Notes under the pieces: generated by a model
What the model was told of the DNA's origin: nothing
Seen by the model: the letters and a program-made list of their open reading frames with translations, nothing else
The model's database searches: none
Translations under genes and position numbers: made by a program
NCBI GenBank assembly: GCA_049671165.1
Contig: JBATUN010000012.1
Span: 23,102 to 87,101 of the forward strand
DNA length: 64,000 bases
Origin: Dehalococcoidia bacterium
Lineage (GTDB): Bacteria; Chloroflexota; Dehalococcoidia; GIF9; AB-539-J10
Direction: 5' to 3'
Part shown: piece after piece, positions 1-9,520 of the stretch
Position numbering within the stretch: the stretch's first letter is position 1
Layout: the number at the start of each line of letters is the position of its first letter

Positions 1-2271
1 GGACTGGCCGTCAAACACAACCTTAAGGGATGGGTTTACAACACTTCAGAGGATGTCAAGATTGAGGTAGAGGGTGAAGCAGAAGCTATCAAGCAGTTTG
101 AGCGCGAACTTGAGACCAACGCCCCACCGCTGGCTCATATCGAGAACACAACTATTGAGTATCACCCACTCCAAGGCTATAAAAACTTTGAAATTCGGCA
201 TAGTCAGGCTCAGGAAGGGAAATACCAGCTTATTTCTACAGATGTCGCTACCTGCCAAGCTTGCCTTGATGAGTTGCTAAATCCTGAAGACCGCCGCTAC
301 CGCTATCCTTTTACCAACTGCACCAATTGCGGCCCACGCTTTACCATAATTGAAGGTATGCCCTATGACCGCCCCAAAACCACCATGCGCTACTTCCAGA
401 TGTGCCCCCGGTGCCAGGCGGAGTATGATAATCCTCTGGACCGTCGCTTCCATGCCCAGCCCAACGCCTGCCCAAAATGCGGTCCGCAGGTCCGGCTAGT
501 CGATAAACGGGGCAATCTGGTAACCGAGTCGAATCCGATAGCCGCTGCCAGTCAGTTCCTTAAAGAAGGGAAAATTGTAGCCATTAAAGGCCTGGGGGGC
601 TTTCTCCTGGCTTGCGATGCCACGAACGACACCGCAGTTAAGACATTGAGGCAGCGGAAGAAGCGCCCTTCCAAGCCCTTTGCCGTAATGGTTGCTACTT
701 TGGAGGAAGCGAAAAGGCATTGCTACGTCTTACCAGAGGAGGAAGAATTACTTACCTCGCCTCAAAGTCCCATCGTGCTCATGATCTGGAAGGAGGACTC
801 GTCTGTGTCCCGGGAGGTAGCGCCAGATTTATGGTTCTTAGGGACTATGCTGCCCTATACACCGCTTCACCACATACTGCTCAGGGATACTGGTCGGCCT
901 TTAGTAATGACCAGCGGCAATCTCAGTGAAGAGCCTATCGCCAGGGACAATGATGAAGCCTTGAGGAGGCTTTCGGGGATTGCCGATTACTTTTTGGTCC
1001 ATAATCGGGACATCTATTCTCGCTATGACGATAGCGTGGCCATGGTAGAAAGGGGTACAAGCCAGCTCGTCAGGCGGGCGCGTAGCTATGCTCCCTATCC
1101 CATCCGCCTGCCGTTTCAAGCCAGGCAGGTACTTGCTTGCGGCGCTGAGGAGAAAAATAGTTTCTGTCTGACCAAAGATAAATATGCCTTCTTGTCGCAG
1201 CATATCGGCGATATGGAGAATATGGAAACCCTGGAACATTTCTATAGCACCATATCCCTGTACAAGAAACTTTTCCATGTAGAGCCTGAAGTTGTTGCCC
1301 ATGACCTCCACCCTGATTATCTGGCCACGAAGTATGCCCAAGAGTTAGGCGAGTCCGGTATGAAGCTCGTTCCGGTCCAGCACCACCACGCTCATATCGC
1401 CAGTTGCATGGCTGATAATGGGCTGGAGTCCCCGGTTATCGGCGTGGCCTTCGATGGCACAGGAATGGGTGGGGATGGAAATATCTGGGGAGGGGAATTC
1501 CTGGTCGCCGACTACCGTGATTATAGAAGGGCAGGACATCTCGAATACCTGCCTTTGCCCGGCGGAGCCGCAGCTATAAAAAGACCGCGTCGCACTGCCA
1601 TTGGCTATATTCTCACTCTATTAGGAGAAAATGCTCTCAACGCTGTCATTGCGAGCGGAGCGAAGCAATCTCAACTAACTTCTATCGGGCAGGTTACTGA
1701 ATTTGAGGTGGAGATTATCAAGCGTCAGATAGAAAGGAAGATAAATTCGCCGCTTTGCTCAAGCATGGGACGCCTTTTTGATGCCATATCAGCCCTGCTG
1801 GGCATAAGGGGCGAGATAGACTATGAAGGACAGGCGGCGGTGGAGTTGGAAATGGCTGCTTACTCTTCTGTCATTGCGATGAACGTAAGTGACAAAGCAA
1901 TCTCCCATGCTCAGGAACGCTACCCATACCGCATAGTAGAAGACGAGGGAATAAGAATCGTGCGACTGAAGGACCTGCTGTCAGCCGTGATAGAAGACTT
2001 ACATCAAGGTATCTCAAAGGGGATGATATCACTCAAATTCCACAACACCGTGGCTCGGATGATAAACGAGATGTGTCACTTGATAGCCAATGAAACCAGC
2101 ATCTCTCAAGTTGCCTTAAGTGGCGGCGTATTTCAGAATCGCCTACTGTTGAAAAAAACAGTCAACTTGCTCGAAAGCAGCGGTTTCCAGGTTTTTACCC
2201 ACAGGCAAGTGCCCTGTAATGATGGTGGCATCTCCCTGGGGCAAGCCGTTATCGCCAATTTCGCCATCTAA
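1..2271 (+). CDS. hypF: Carbamoyltransferase HypF (5' end lies outside the window)
   Basis: Frame-1 ORF open from base 1. It has an acylphosphatase-like N-terminus (VKHNLKGWVYNTSEDV), paired CxxC zinc fingers (CQACL...CTNCGPRF, CPRC...CPKCGP), a YrdC-like segment and a Kae1-like C-terminus. Two in-frame copies of the small repeat sit at 1644-1670 and 1869-1902. Confidence 0.9.
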   Translation, partial: GLAVKHNLKGWVYNTSEDVKIEVEGEAEAIKQFERELETNAPPLAHIENTTIEYHPLQGYKNFEIRHSQAQEGKYQLISTDVATCQACLDELLNPEDRRYRYPFTNCTNCGPRFTIIEGMPYDRPKTTMRYFQMCPRCQAEYDNPLDRRFHAQPNACPKCGPQVRLVDKRGNLVTESNPIAAASQFLKEGKIVAIKGLGGFLLACDATNDTAVKTLRQRKKRPSKPFAVMVATLEEAKRHCYVLPEEEELLTSPQSPIVLMIWKEDSSVSREVAPDLWFLGTMLPYTPLHHILLRDTGRPLVMTSGNLSEEPIARDNDEALRRLSGIADYFLVHNRDIYSRYDDSVAMVERGTSQLVRRARSYAPYPIRLPFQARQVLACGAEEKNSFCLTKDKYAFLSQHIGDMENMETLEHFYSTISLYKKLFHVEPEVVAHDLHPDYLATKYAQELGESGMKLVPVQHHHAHIASCMADNGLESPVIGVAFDGTGMGGDGNIWGGEFLVADYRDYRRAGHLEYLPLPGGAAAIKRPRRTAIGYILTLLGENALNAVIASGAKQSQLTSIGQVTEFEVEIIKRQIERKINSPLCSSMGRLFDAISALLGIRGEIDYEGQAAVELEMAAYSSVIAMNVSDKAISHAQERYPYRIVEDEGIRIVRLKDLLSAVIEDLHQGISKGMISLKFHNTVARMINEMCHLIANETSISQVALSGGVFQNRLLLKKTVNLLESSGFQVFTHRQVPCNDGGISLGQAVIANFAI
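1644..1670 (+). repeat. Small structured repeat copy 1 (TGTCATTGCGAG-N-GAAGCAATC), in-frame inside hypF
   Basis: tgtcattgcgagcggagcgaagcaatc, translated VIASGAKQS within HypF. Confidence 0.75.
1869..1902 (+). repeat. Small structured repeat copy 2, in-frame inside hypF
   Basis: tgtcattgcgatgaacgtaagtgacaaagcaatc, translated VIAMNVSDKAI. Confidence 0.65.
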
Positions 2272-2288
2272 AGAGTCACTTCCCCATT

Positions 2289-2325
2289 TGTCATTGCGAG
2301 GCTGGCAAAGCCACCCGAAGCAATC
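2289..2325 (+). repeat. Small structured repeat copy 3 (intergenic, after hypF)
   Basis: tgtcattgcgaggctggcaaagccacccgaagcaatc. Confidence 0.8.
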
Positions 2326-2366
2326 CCTTTGTGAAAAAAGAATCGACTCTGCTTTACTTCCCCACC

Positions 2367-2404
2367 TGTCATTGCGAGTCCCGATCCATCGGGACGTGGC
2401 AATC
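2367..2404 (+). repeat. Small structured repeat copy 4 (intergenic), with inner hairpin tcccgat/atcggga
   Basis: tgtcattgcgagtcccgatccatcgggacgtggcaatc. Confidence 0.8.
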
Positions 2405-2429
2405 TCATTGGGGAAAGATTTGCCCCTTT

Positions 2430-3704
2430 TTACGGCTGCCAGCTCAGGAAAGGGTAGGTCTGCTCATCAACGATATTCCAGATGTAGGAACGGTTGCGCG
2501 CGTCAGCATTAGCGACTGCGATTATGTTCCACCCTGCCCCTGAGAACGTGGCGATGTCCTTCATTCCGGTGGTGGTCTGGCCGATCCCGCCAGCCGAAGT
2601 AGCTTGTCCGCTAGGTTCGATATCCCAGAAGGAGTCGCTCACAGTGCCCTTGTTGTATCCCACCAGACCACCAACCTGCGAGGAGCCAGTCACACTGCCG
2701 ATGGAATAGGAGTGGGTCACGCTACCATAATAATTCACTCCCACCAGACCACCAATACGCGAACCACCGGTCACGCTGCCTATGGAATAGGAGTTGCTCA
2801 TACTCCCCTTGTAGTACCAATTATCCCCCACGAGACCGCCGACAGACCAGTTGCCAGTCACGCTGCAGCTGGAGTAGGAGTTGCTCAGAGTAGCCTGATT
2901 CCATCCCACCAGACCGCCAACACGTGAATCACCAGTCACGCTGCCGGCGGAATGCGAATTATTCATAATGCCCCCATTGTGCCCCACGAGACCGCCGGCA
3001 TGCTCTTCTCCACTGACGCTGCCTGTGGAATAGGAGTTGCTCATGGTGCCTTCACTATGTCCTACCAGACTGCCAACGTAATCATTGCCAATCACAGTAA
3101 CGTTCACCATGCCGATATCTTTGATGACCCCTTCCTGCCCGATCTCACCAAAAAGCCCTACATGGTCTTCGTCAGGGCGATTGATAAACAAGTCCTCTAG
3201 CGCATATCCCTGACCCTCGAAACTCCCAACAAACTGGTCATCAGAAGTTCCAACCGGCTGCCACCCCTGTCCCTGATTGGCTGTCTCACTCGCTAGTTCC
3301 ATATAACCGGCAGTACTAGAATCGAGGTCGTTCATGAGGATGTACCTGGCGCCCAAGTTGTTCCTGATATCATGCAAATCATACCAGTCTCGTATTTCCC
3401 ATATTTCTGGGGCAAAGTTAGCGAGGATAGAATAGCGGCCGTTCATGATGACGGTAGTTGTGGCGGCATTGACGTTGGCAATGGCGCCCACTTCGCCAGT
3501 CCAACTGGCAAAGTGGGCGCCATCCTCAGGCTCGGCCGCCAGGTTGACTACCGTCCCCTTGCCGTAGGTGAAGGTCGCCTCGCCGGGTGTGGTTACCTGA
3601 CCGCCTTCGGTGCTGGAGACAGTGAGGTCATACTGGACAAAGATGCAGCCTACCATGGCGCCTATTAAGGCTAGCGCAATTAGAAAGATGCCAACTTTTG
3701 CCAC
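2430..3704 (-). CDS. Surface/secreted protein with tandem GLUG-type repeats (GGLVG)
   Basis: N-terminal TM/signal segment (MAKVGIFLIALALIGAMVGC). At least 9 repeats of SNSYS.GSV.G...GGLVG, typical of the GLUG motif domain. Confidence 0.6.
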   Translation of the reverse strand: MAKVGIFLIALALIGAMVGCIFVQYDLTVSSTEGGQVTTPGEATFTYGKGTVVNLAAEPEDGAHFASWTGEVGAIANVNAATTTVIMNGRYSILANFAPEIWEIRDWYDLHDIRNNLGARYILMNDLDSSTAGYMELASETANQGQGWQPVGTSDDQFVGSFEGQGYALEDLFINRPDEDHVGLFGEIGQEGVIKDIGMVNVTVIGNDYVGSLVGHSEGTMSNSYSTGSVSGEEHAGGLVGHNGGIMNNSHSAGSVTGDSRVGGLVGWNQATLSNSYSSCSVTGNWSVGGLVGDNWYYKGSMSNSYSIGSVTGGSRIGGLVGVNYYGSVTHSYSIGSVTGSSQVGGLVGYNKGTVSDSFWDIEPSGQATSAGGIGQTTTGMKDIATFSGAGWNIIAVANADARNRSYIWNIVDEQTYPFLSWQP

Positions 3705-3821
3705 GTAACAGTTCAGCTTTCTCAGAATCCCCAGGTTATACTATATTGTATATCACCCCGCCGCACAGTCAACGGGTCGCTTTGGCGTGTGCGCCACCTG
3801 GGAGATCAGCCCATGATGAGT

Positions 3822-4361
3822 CTACTTGCCTTGTCGTAGGAAGAGGAACATGAGCAGGGCAGCGATGCTTTTGGCATCGCAGATTTCGCCCGAGGCAATA
3901 AGACGGGGTATCTCATCGGGGGAACCGCGGACCAGCTCGATATCATCAGTATCCTCAGCTACGAGACGAGCGGGCACAAGGTCAGTAGCCATAAAACAAT
4001 GGAGGTACTCCGTGCCATAGCCCGGAGTGGCGTAAAAGCCACCCAATTTGTCTATCTTCCGGGGGAAATAGCCAATCTCCTCCTGTAATTCGCGGCGCAC
4101 AGAGTCGACGGGCTCTTCGCCGGGATCAATGCCACCAGCCGGTATTTCCAGAAGAAACCTGTCCACGGCGTGGCGGAACTGGCGGACCATAAGGATATTA
4201 CCTTGTTCATCAAGGGCCACCACCGCTATGCAATCGCTGTGCTCCACTACCTCTCTAGTGGTTTTTGTGCCGTCAGCTTTCTCCACGGTGTCCACACGTA
4301 TGTTTACTGCACGCCCGTGATAAATCTGTTGGGTAGCTAGCTTCTTTTCCGGCTTCACCAC
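3822..4361 (-). CDS. NUDIX hydrolase (ADP-ribose pyrophosphatase-like)
   Basis: Nudix box GGIDPGEEPVDSVRRELQEEIGY. Confidence 0.8.
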   Translation of the reverse strand: MVKPEKKLATQQIYHGRAVNIRVDTVEKADGTKTTREVVEHSDCIAVVALDEQGNILMVRQFRHAVDRFLLEIPAGGIDPGEEPVDSVRRELQEEIGYFPRKIDKLGGFYATPGYGTEYLHCFMATDLVPARLVAEDTDDIELVRGSPDEIPRLIASGEICDAKSIAALLMFLFLRQGK

Positions 4362-4576
4362 ACTCTTGCTACTCAGCCAAAATGACGTTGCTTTGCGTGT
4401 AGGGGCGAGGCTTGTCCTCGCCGGAACGGTCTAACGGGGAGGGTACAAGACCCTCCCCTACGATTTGATTCTTCGATCTCCCCGTTAAGATAAGGGGGAT
4501 AAAGGGGGTTATGAATGTTTCTCAGCCTCCCCAGAATGATATTGCTGAACGCCTTCGACATAATGTTCTCATAGCC

Positions 4577-5041
4577 TCAAAGGTGGCGAATAAGAGCCAC
4601 CTCATCGCAATCGGGGAACTTGGGACAGCGATAGCATTCCGCCCAGACCTTCTGGGGTAGCTCTTTTTTGTCGATTAGTTGGAAGCCGTGTTTTTCAAAG
4701 AAAGCCGGCTTGCGAACGAGGCAAAAAACCCTGGGTATCCCTAGCTCCTTCGCGTCGCTGAGACAGGCCTGGATCAGCAAGGAGCCAATCCTCTGGTTCT
4801 GTTCCTGTTCATCTACAGCCAGAGACCTGATTTCTGCTAAATCAACCCAGGTAACCTGTAACGCTGCGCAAGCGATAACCCGACCTGCTTTCCTGACCAC
4901 GAAGTAATCTCTAATGCCATCATATATCTCAGATAAGGCGCGAGGCAACATCTCGCCTTTATCAGCAAAATGACTTATCAACCGGTGCATGGAGTTAGCA
5001 TCGCCCACCCTTGCCCTATCAACCTTCATATCAGCTTCCAT
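4577..5041 (-). CDS. GNAT family N-acetyltransferase (amino-acid acetyltransferase-like)
   Basis: GNAT acetyl-CoA binding motif region RIGSLLIQACLSDAKELGIPRVFCLV. Overlaps the nadK stop by 11 nt. Confidence 0.7.
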   Translation of the reverse strand: MEADMKVDRARVGDANSMHRLISHFADKGEMLPRALSEIYDGIRDYFVVRKAGRVIACAALQVTWVDLAEIRSLAVDEQEQNQRIGSLLIQACLSDAKELGIPRVFCLVRKPAFFEKHGFQLIDKKELPQKVWAECYRCPKFPDCDEVALIRHL

Positions 5042-5852
5042 TTCTTCCTCCTCCCAGTTTTTGCCACAGCGAATTATAGAAATAGGTTGGCTCGTGAATT
5101 CTTAAGAAGCGAGCTGTGTGAGGGCTGAGCTTCACTCTGACAGTTTGCCCGTCTGATAACGGTAATTCAACTTGTCCGTCAATGCTAAGTATGACCTTCT
5201 CTCTGGGGGCAACCTTCAAGTCAACTATGCTCTGTGAAGACACTACCAGGGCATGACTCAATCCGAGGTGGCAGGATATTGGTTGGAGGACAATTTCCTT
5301 GGATTGAGGATGAAGAATCGGTCCGCCAGATGCCAGAGAATAGCTGGTGCTCCCGGTAGCAGTGGCGACAATTACGCCATCAGCCCGGTAAGTGGTTAGC
5401 GCCGTGCCATCAATCTCGGCTTCTATGTTAACCAGGCGAACCGCCACGCTGTGTATCACCACATCATTCAAGGCATGAAAGCTTTTGTCTGCAACTTGAG
5501 CCTCGAGCATGGCCCTTTCCTCAATCCAGCCTTTCCCATCGAGCAAACCGGGCAAATAAGACAGGACCTCGTCGCCGTCTATCTCCGTGATAAATCCCAG
5601 CCTACCCAGGTTTATGCCTAAAATGGGCACTGACAAGGGGGCTACGATTCGAGCAACACGGAGGATAGTGCCATCTCCGCCAATACTGAGAATCAGCTCC
5701 GTCCCCACGACTTGGGATCTAGCTTTATCCTCGTCCCTGGTTGAGCACCGCCATGAAGAGACTCCCTGAGAGGATAGAAACTTCTGCAGCTTCTCGCTTA
5801 AGTCTCGGGCTTTCTCACGTAGAGGGTGATACAGAATGCCAATATGCTTCAC
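5031..5852 (-). CDS. nadK: NAD(+) kinase
   Basis: GGDGTIL motif (SIGGDGTILRVARI) and NAD kinase-like length and architecture. Confidence 0.85.
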   Translation of the reverse strand: MKHIGILYHPLREKARDLSEKLQKFLSSQGVSSWRCSTRDEDKARSQVVGTELILSIGGDGTILRVARIVAPLSVPILGINLGRLGFITEIDGDEVLSYLPGLLDGKGWIEERAMLEAQVADKSFHALNDVVIHSVAVRLVNIEAEIDGTALTTYRADGVIVATATGSTSYSLASGGPILHPQSKEIVLQPISCHLGLSHALVVSSQSIVDLKVAPREKVILSIDGQVELPLSDGQTVRVKLSPHTARFLRIHEPTYFYNSLWQKLGGGRNGS

Positions 5853-5945
5853 GGGTGAACGAAGTCTAGCACTGGCAAATTCTGGCTGTCAAACTATCTA
5901 ACAGAACCAACTCATATCGCTTTCCAGGAACCAAGTAAGGAATGC

Positions 5946-6743
5946 TTACTTCCCCTTGAACTTGGGCAAGGGCTTCTTCTCCAGGAATGCTTTCACACTC
6001 TCGCGGTGGTCCTCACTCTGCCGGCATATCCGTATGGAGTCGGTCTCAAGGTCAAGCTGACGCGCCAGGCTGTCGAAGAGACCGCGCCACAGCATCTTCT
6101 TGGTTAGTTCCACGGAAAGAGGTGCCTGCTGAACAATCTTGTTAGCCAATTCCCCGCTTGTCCTCATCAAGTCATCAGGTGGAACGACCCGACTGACAAG
6201 GCCGATTCGCAGGGCTTCGGCGGCATCGATTAACTCGGCGGTGTACATTAATTCCAGAGCGTTGGACATCCCTGCGGCTAGGGGCAGGTAACATGTCAGG
6301 CCGAAGTCAGGCACCAGTGCTCGTGCCACCTGGGCAACACCAAACCTGGCTGTCTCCGAGGCTATTCTGATGTCACAGCTCAGTGCTATAGCCAGACCGG
6401 CGCCAACACAAGGGCCGTTTACGGCGGCAATGGTTGGTTTTAGCAGCTTGGGGAAGATATCAGCAGCCGGCCACCCCGTTACCTGGAGACGGTTGAAGCG
6501 AGACTGCTCAGCAGCCCCAGTCAGCACCTGCATGGCGGAAACATCAGCGCCGGAGCAGAAACCACGCCCGGCACCGGTAACAATCAATACCCTGACATTG
6601 TCATCGCGGGCCACTTCATCTACTGCCAGAGGCAGGTTCATTCCCATCTTCACGGTAAGGGCGTTCAACTTATTCGGTACATTGAGGGTCAAAGTGGCAA
6701 CGCCGCAATCATCCTTTTCCAGTAACAGGTCTTCATACTCCAT
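5946..6743 (-). CDS. Enoyl-CoA hydratase/isomerase (crotonase) family protein
   Basis: Crotonase signature LIVTGAGRGFCSGADV and oxyanion-hole region. Confidence 0.8.
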   Translation of the reverse strand: MEYEDLLLEKDDCGVATLTLNVPNKLNALTVKMGMNLPLAVDEVARDDNVRVLIVTGAGRGFCSGADVSAMQVLTGAAEQSRFNRLQVTGWPAADIFPKLLKPTIAAVNGPCVGAGLAIALSCDIRIASETARFGVAQVARALVPDFGLTCYLPLAAGMSNALELMYTAELIDAAEALRIGLVSRVVPPDDLMRTSGELANKIVQQAPLSVELTKKMLWRGLFDSLARQLDLETDSIRICRQSEDHRESVKAFLEKKPLPKFKGK

Positions 6744-6828
6744 CCTGGTTCACCTCCTGTTCATACGGTTAGTTGAAAGAACCATTATAGCAGGGGCAGA
6801 GTAATTCTTTTGACCATCCCGCACCCAC

Positions 6829-7833
6829 TCAGCATATTCGAGGCAGCAATTCCCCGGATAGCATATCCACAATTCGGGAGGGGCCGAGCTTTGTCTTCAT
6901 CACCACCTTCCCAGGGTGCTCGCTGGTTACCTCTCCGATGATTGACGCATCTCTGCCATAGATGTTTTTCCTCATTCGGGCCAGAATCTTGTCGGCATCG
7001 GCGGGGTCAACTATGGCTACCAGCTTGCCTTCATTTGCCACATAAACGGGGTCCAGTCCCAGGAGCTCGCAGGCAGCTTTGACCTCTTCCTTCACTGGTA
7101 TCTTGGCCTCTTCTATCACAATGCCCACCTTCGATTGCCGGGCCAATTCGTTGAGCGTGGTAGCCAAGCCACCCCTGGTAGGGTCACGTAGGCAATGAAT
7201 CCTGGGCGAGACCTCCAGCATCTGAGACACTAATTTATTCAATGGAGCGCAGTCGCTCTTCAAAGTCATGGAGAACTTCAATCCTTCGCGCTGACTCATT
7301 ATAGCTATGCCGTGGTCGCCAATGGGGCCGCTCAAGAGAACCTTATCCCCAGCTCTGGCGTTGGCTCCTGAGATATCAACTCCAGGAGGGACTATCCCTA
7401 CGCCCGATGTAGTGATAAACAATTTGTCGGCTTGCCCTCGATCTACCACCTTGGTGTCCCCGGCGATGATACTTACGTCGGCTTCTTCAGCGGTTTTCTT
7501 TATTGATTGGACTATCTGCTCAAGCTCTCTCAGGAGAAAGCCCTCTTCTATGATTGCTGAGAGACTCAGATAGAGAGGCTTGGCTCCATTCATAGCCAAG
7601 TCGTTCACCGTGCCGCAAACGGCTAGCTTGCCGATATCGCCGCCTGGGAAAAAGATTGGATTCACTACGTAGCCGTCGGTGGTGAAAGCCAGCCGCCCAC
7701 TGGCTTCGAAAATAGCTGAATCGTCCAGTTTGTTCAGCGCCGGATTAGCCAGGAAGGGCAGGAATTTCTTCTCCACCAGCTCGTGGCTCAATTTCCCGCC
7801 GCTACCATGGGCTAAAAGAATGCTGTCATCCAT
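6829..7833 (-). CDS. hypE: Hydrogenase expression/formation protein HypE
   Basis: AIR-synthase-like fold. N-terminus MDDSILLAHGSGG and a C-terminal PRIC Cys typical of HypE. Confidence 0.9.
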   Translation of the reverse strand: MDDSILLAHGSGGKLSHELVEKKFLPFLANPALNKLDDSAIFEASGRLAFTTDGYVVNPIFFPGGDIGKLAVCGTVNDLAMNGAKPLYLSLSAIIEEGFLLRELEQIVQSIKKTAEEADVSIIAGDTKVVDRGQADKLFITTSGVGIVPPGVDISGANARAGDKVLLSGPIGDHGIAIMSQREGLKFSMTLKSDCAPLNKLVSQMLEVSPRIHCLRDPTRGGLATTLNELARQSKVGIVIEEAKIPVKEEVKAACELLGLDPVYVANEGKLVAIVDPADADKILARMRKNIYGRDASIIGEVTSEHPGKVVMKTKLGPSRIVDMLSGELLPRIC

Positions 7834-7862
7834 AGGCTTGCTCTATCTCTATCCGATAAATC

Positions 7863-8957
7863 CTATAAATCTTCAGTAGTCCCGTATTGATAATAAGCGG
7901 CGCAGGCGCCTTCACTAGAGACCATACAGGGACCGACAGGGCTTTCCGGAGTGCAGGCCTTCTTGAAGAGTTCGCACTCGAGCGGTGTAGCTGCGCCGCG
8001 GATTACGTCCCCGCACCGGCATCCCTTAGGCTCCTTCGGCCGTTTCAGGCTCACTGAAAACGCGTTGTCGGCGTCAAATTGCTCGTATTTTGCTCTAATT
8101 TTCAAACCACTCTTAGGGACAATTCCAATTCCCCGCCAGTTAGCTTCACCGATCTCAAAAACATTCTCCATCAGTTGCCGGGCTTTTATATTTCCCTCTG
8201 GCTTTACTCCCCGGGGGTAAGCTATCTCTACTTTGGGCTCGCCCTTTTCAATCTGCTCCACCAGCTTATCTATGCATAACAAAATATCCAACGGTTCAAA
8301 TCCCGAGATGACACAGGCCACCCCATAATGTCTGGGAATAAATTCATAGGGATGAGAACCAATTATGACACTGACATGTCCTGGACAGACGATGCCATCT
8401 AGCTTTACCTCGCCTGAATGGAGCAGTGCTTTCATCACCGGCGGGGTCAGCTTATTGAGGGATAGAACGTAGAAGTTTTCTATTTTCTCGTGTTGTGCCT
8501 CAAGTATAGAAGCAGCTATAGTTGGTGCCGTGGTCTCAAAGCCGATGCCTATGAAGATGACTGATCTCTCGGGATTGGCTTTAGCTATCTCCACAGCATC
8601 TATAGTGGAATATACTATTCGGATATCTGCTCCCTCAGCTTTCGCCTTTTGCAGGCTTGAATCGCTGCCGGGAACTCTTATCATGTCCCCGAAAGTAGTG
8701 ATAATAACGTCGGGCAGGTGTGCCAGGGCGATTGCTTTGTCCAGGTCAGCAATTGCTGTAACACAGACAGGGCAGCCGGGCCCCGACCTCATTTCCACCG
8801 TTTCGGGAACTAATTGGCGAATTCCATATCGCAGTATGGCATGCGTGTGGCCACCGCAGAATTCCATGAGTCTTATGGTTTTGGTGGAGCGCTGAGCAAT
8901 TTTGTATGCTAGCCCCCTGGCTAACTTGCTGTCCTGATACTCGTCAATGAACTTCAC
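7863..8957 (-). CDS. hypD: Hydrogenase maturation factor HypD
   Basis: HypD motifs CGGHTH, GPGCPVCVT, CPGHVS, FEPLD. Confidence 0.9.
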   Translation of the reverse strand: MKFIDEYQDSKLARGLAYKIAQRSTKTIRLMEFCGGHTHAILRYGIRQLVPETVEMRSGPGCPVCVTAIADLDKAIALAHLPDVIITTFGDMIRVPGSDSSLQKAKAEGADIRIVYSTIDAVEIAKANPERSVIFIGIGFETTAPTIAASILEAQHEKIENFYVLSLNKLTPPVMKALLHSGEVKLDGIVCPGHVSVIIGSHPYEFIPRHYGVACVISGFEPLDILLCIDKLVEQIEKGEPKVEIAYPRGVKPEGNIKARQLMENVFEIGEANWRGIGIVPKSGLKIRAKYEQFDADNAFSVSLKRPKEPKGCRCGDVIRGAATPLECELFKKACTPESPVGPCMVSSEGACAAYYQYGTTEDL

Positions 8958-9171
8958 TGAGACTTGCTATCTCTTCCAGGAGCTTCAGGGTCTCCTCGGC
9001 TTCAGCCTCATCTATAACGCCTATGGCATACCCTGTATGAAGCAATACGTAATCCCCCACCTTAGCCTCTGGAGTAAAGACGATGCTAACTCGACGCCTC
9101 ACCCCGGCGATTTCTGTTTCCGCCGCATCCCCGTCTATGGAAACAATCTTCACTGGTATTGCTAAACACAT
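8944..9171 (-). CDS. hypC: Hydrogenase assembly chaperone HypC
   Basis: Starts MCLAIP (the HypC N-terminal Cys motif). 75 aa. Overlaps the hypD start. Confidence 0.9.
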   Translation of the reverse strand: MCLAIPVKIVSIDGDAAETEIAGVRRRVSIVFTPEAKVGDYVLLHTGYAIGVIDEAEAEETLKLLEEIASLSEVH

Positions 9172-9260
9172 GACTTCCCGTATTTTAGCCTAAGTCCACC
9201 TATAATACAATCCAAGGGAGGGTCGACTCTATTTTTCTTTGAGGCGAGCCTTTCTTGCTG

Positions 9261-9298
9261 TGTCATTGCGAGTCCCGATTTATCGGGACGAAGCAATC
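9261..9298 (+). repeat. Small structured repeat copy 5 (intergenic, upstream of hypC operon end)
   Basis: tgtcattgcgagtcccgatttatcgggacgaagcaatc, near-identical to copy 4. Confidence 0.8.
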
Positions 9299-9520
9299 TT
9301 GGAGGGGAAAGAGAGAGTTGTGGCCTTTTTGTTAAAAATGCTTGCCAGGGCAGGGCAAGATATAGTAATGCGGGATATAATAATTCTTAATAAGATTTTA
9401 ACAAAAGTGGTATATCATATTATAAGCTAGAGATTTCGGGAAAAGTGAACTTTGCAAACAGGAGACTTTACTTTTACACGTACATAGGCGGTTCAGTTTT
9501 TAGATGACGGATAATGGGAG

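Noticed and set aside
2494-3668. Several 70-107-aa ORFs antisense to the GLUG-repeat gene
   Set aside because: Mirror the repeat periodicity of the sense gene and have no independent signals.
4436-4458. Perfect hairpin GGGGAGGGTACAAGACCCTCCCC as terminator of the GNAT/nadK operon
   Set aside because: No U-tract on the relevant (minus) strand after the stem, so intrinsic termination is not supported. Possibly a structural or recognition element; left uncalled.
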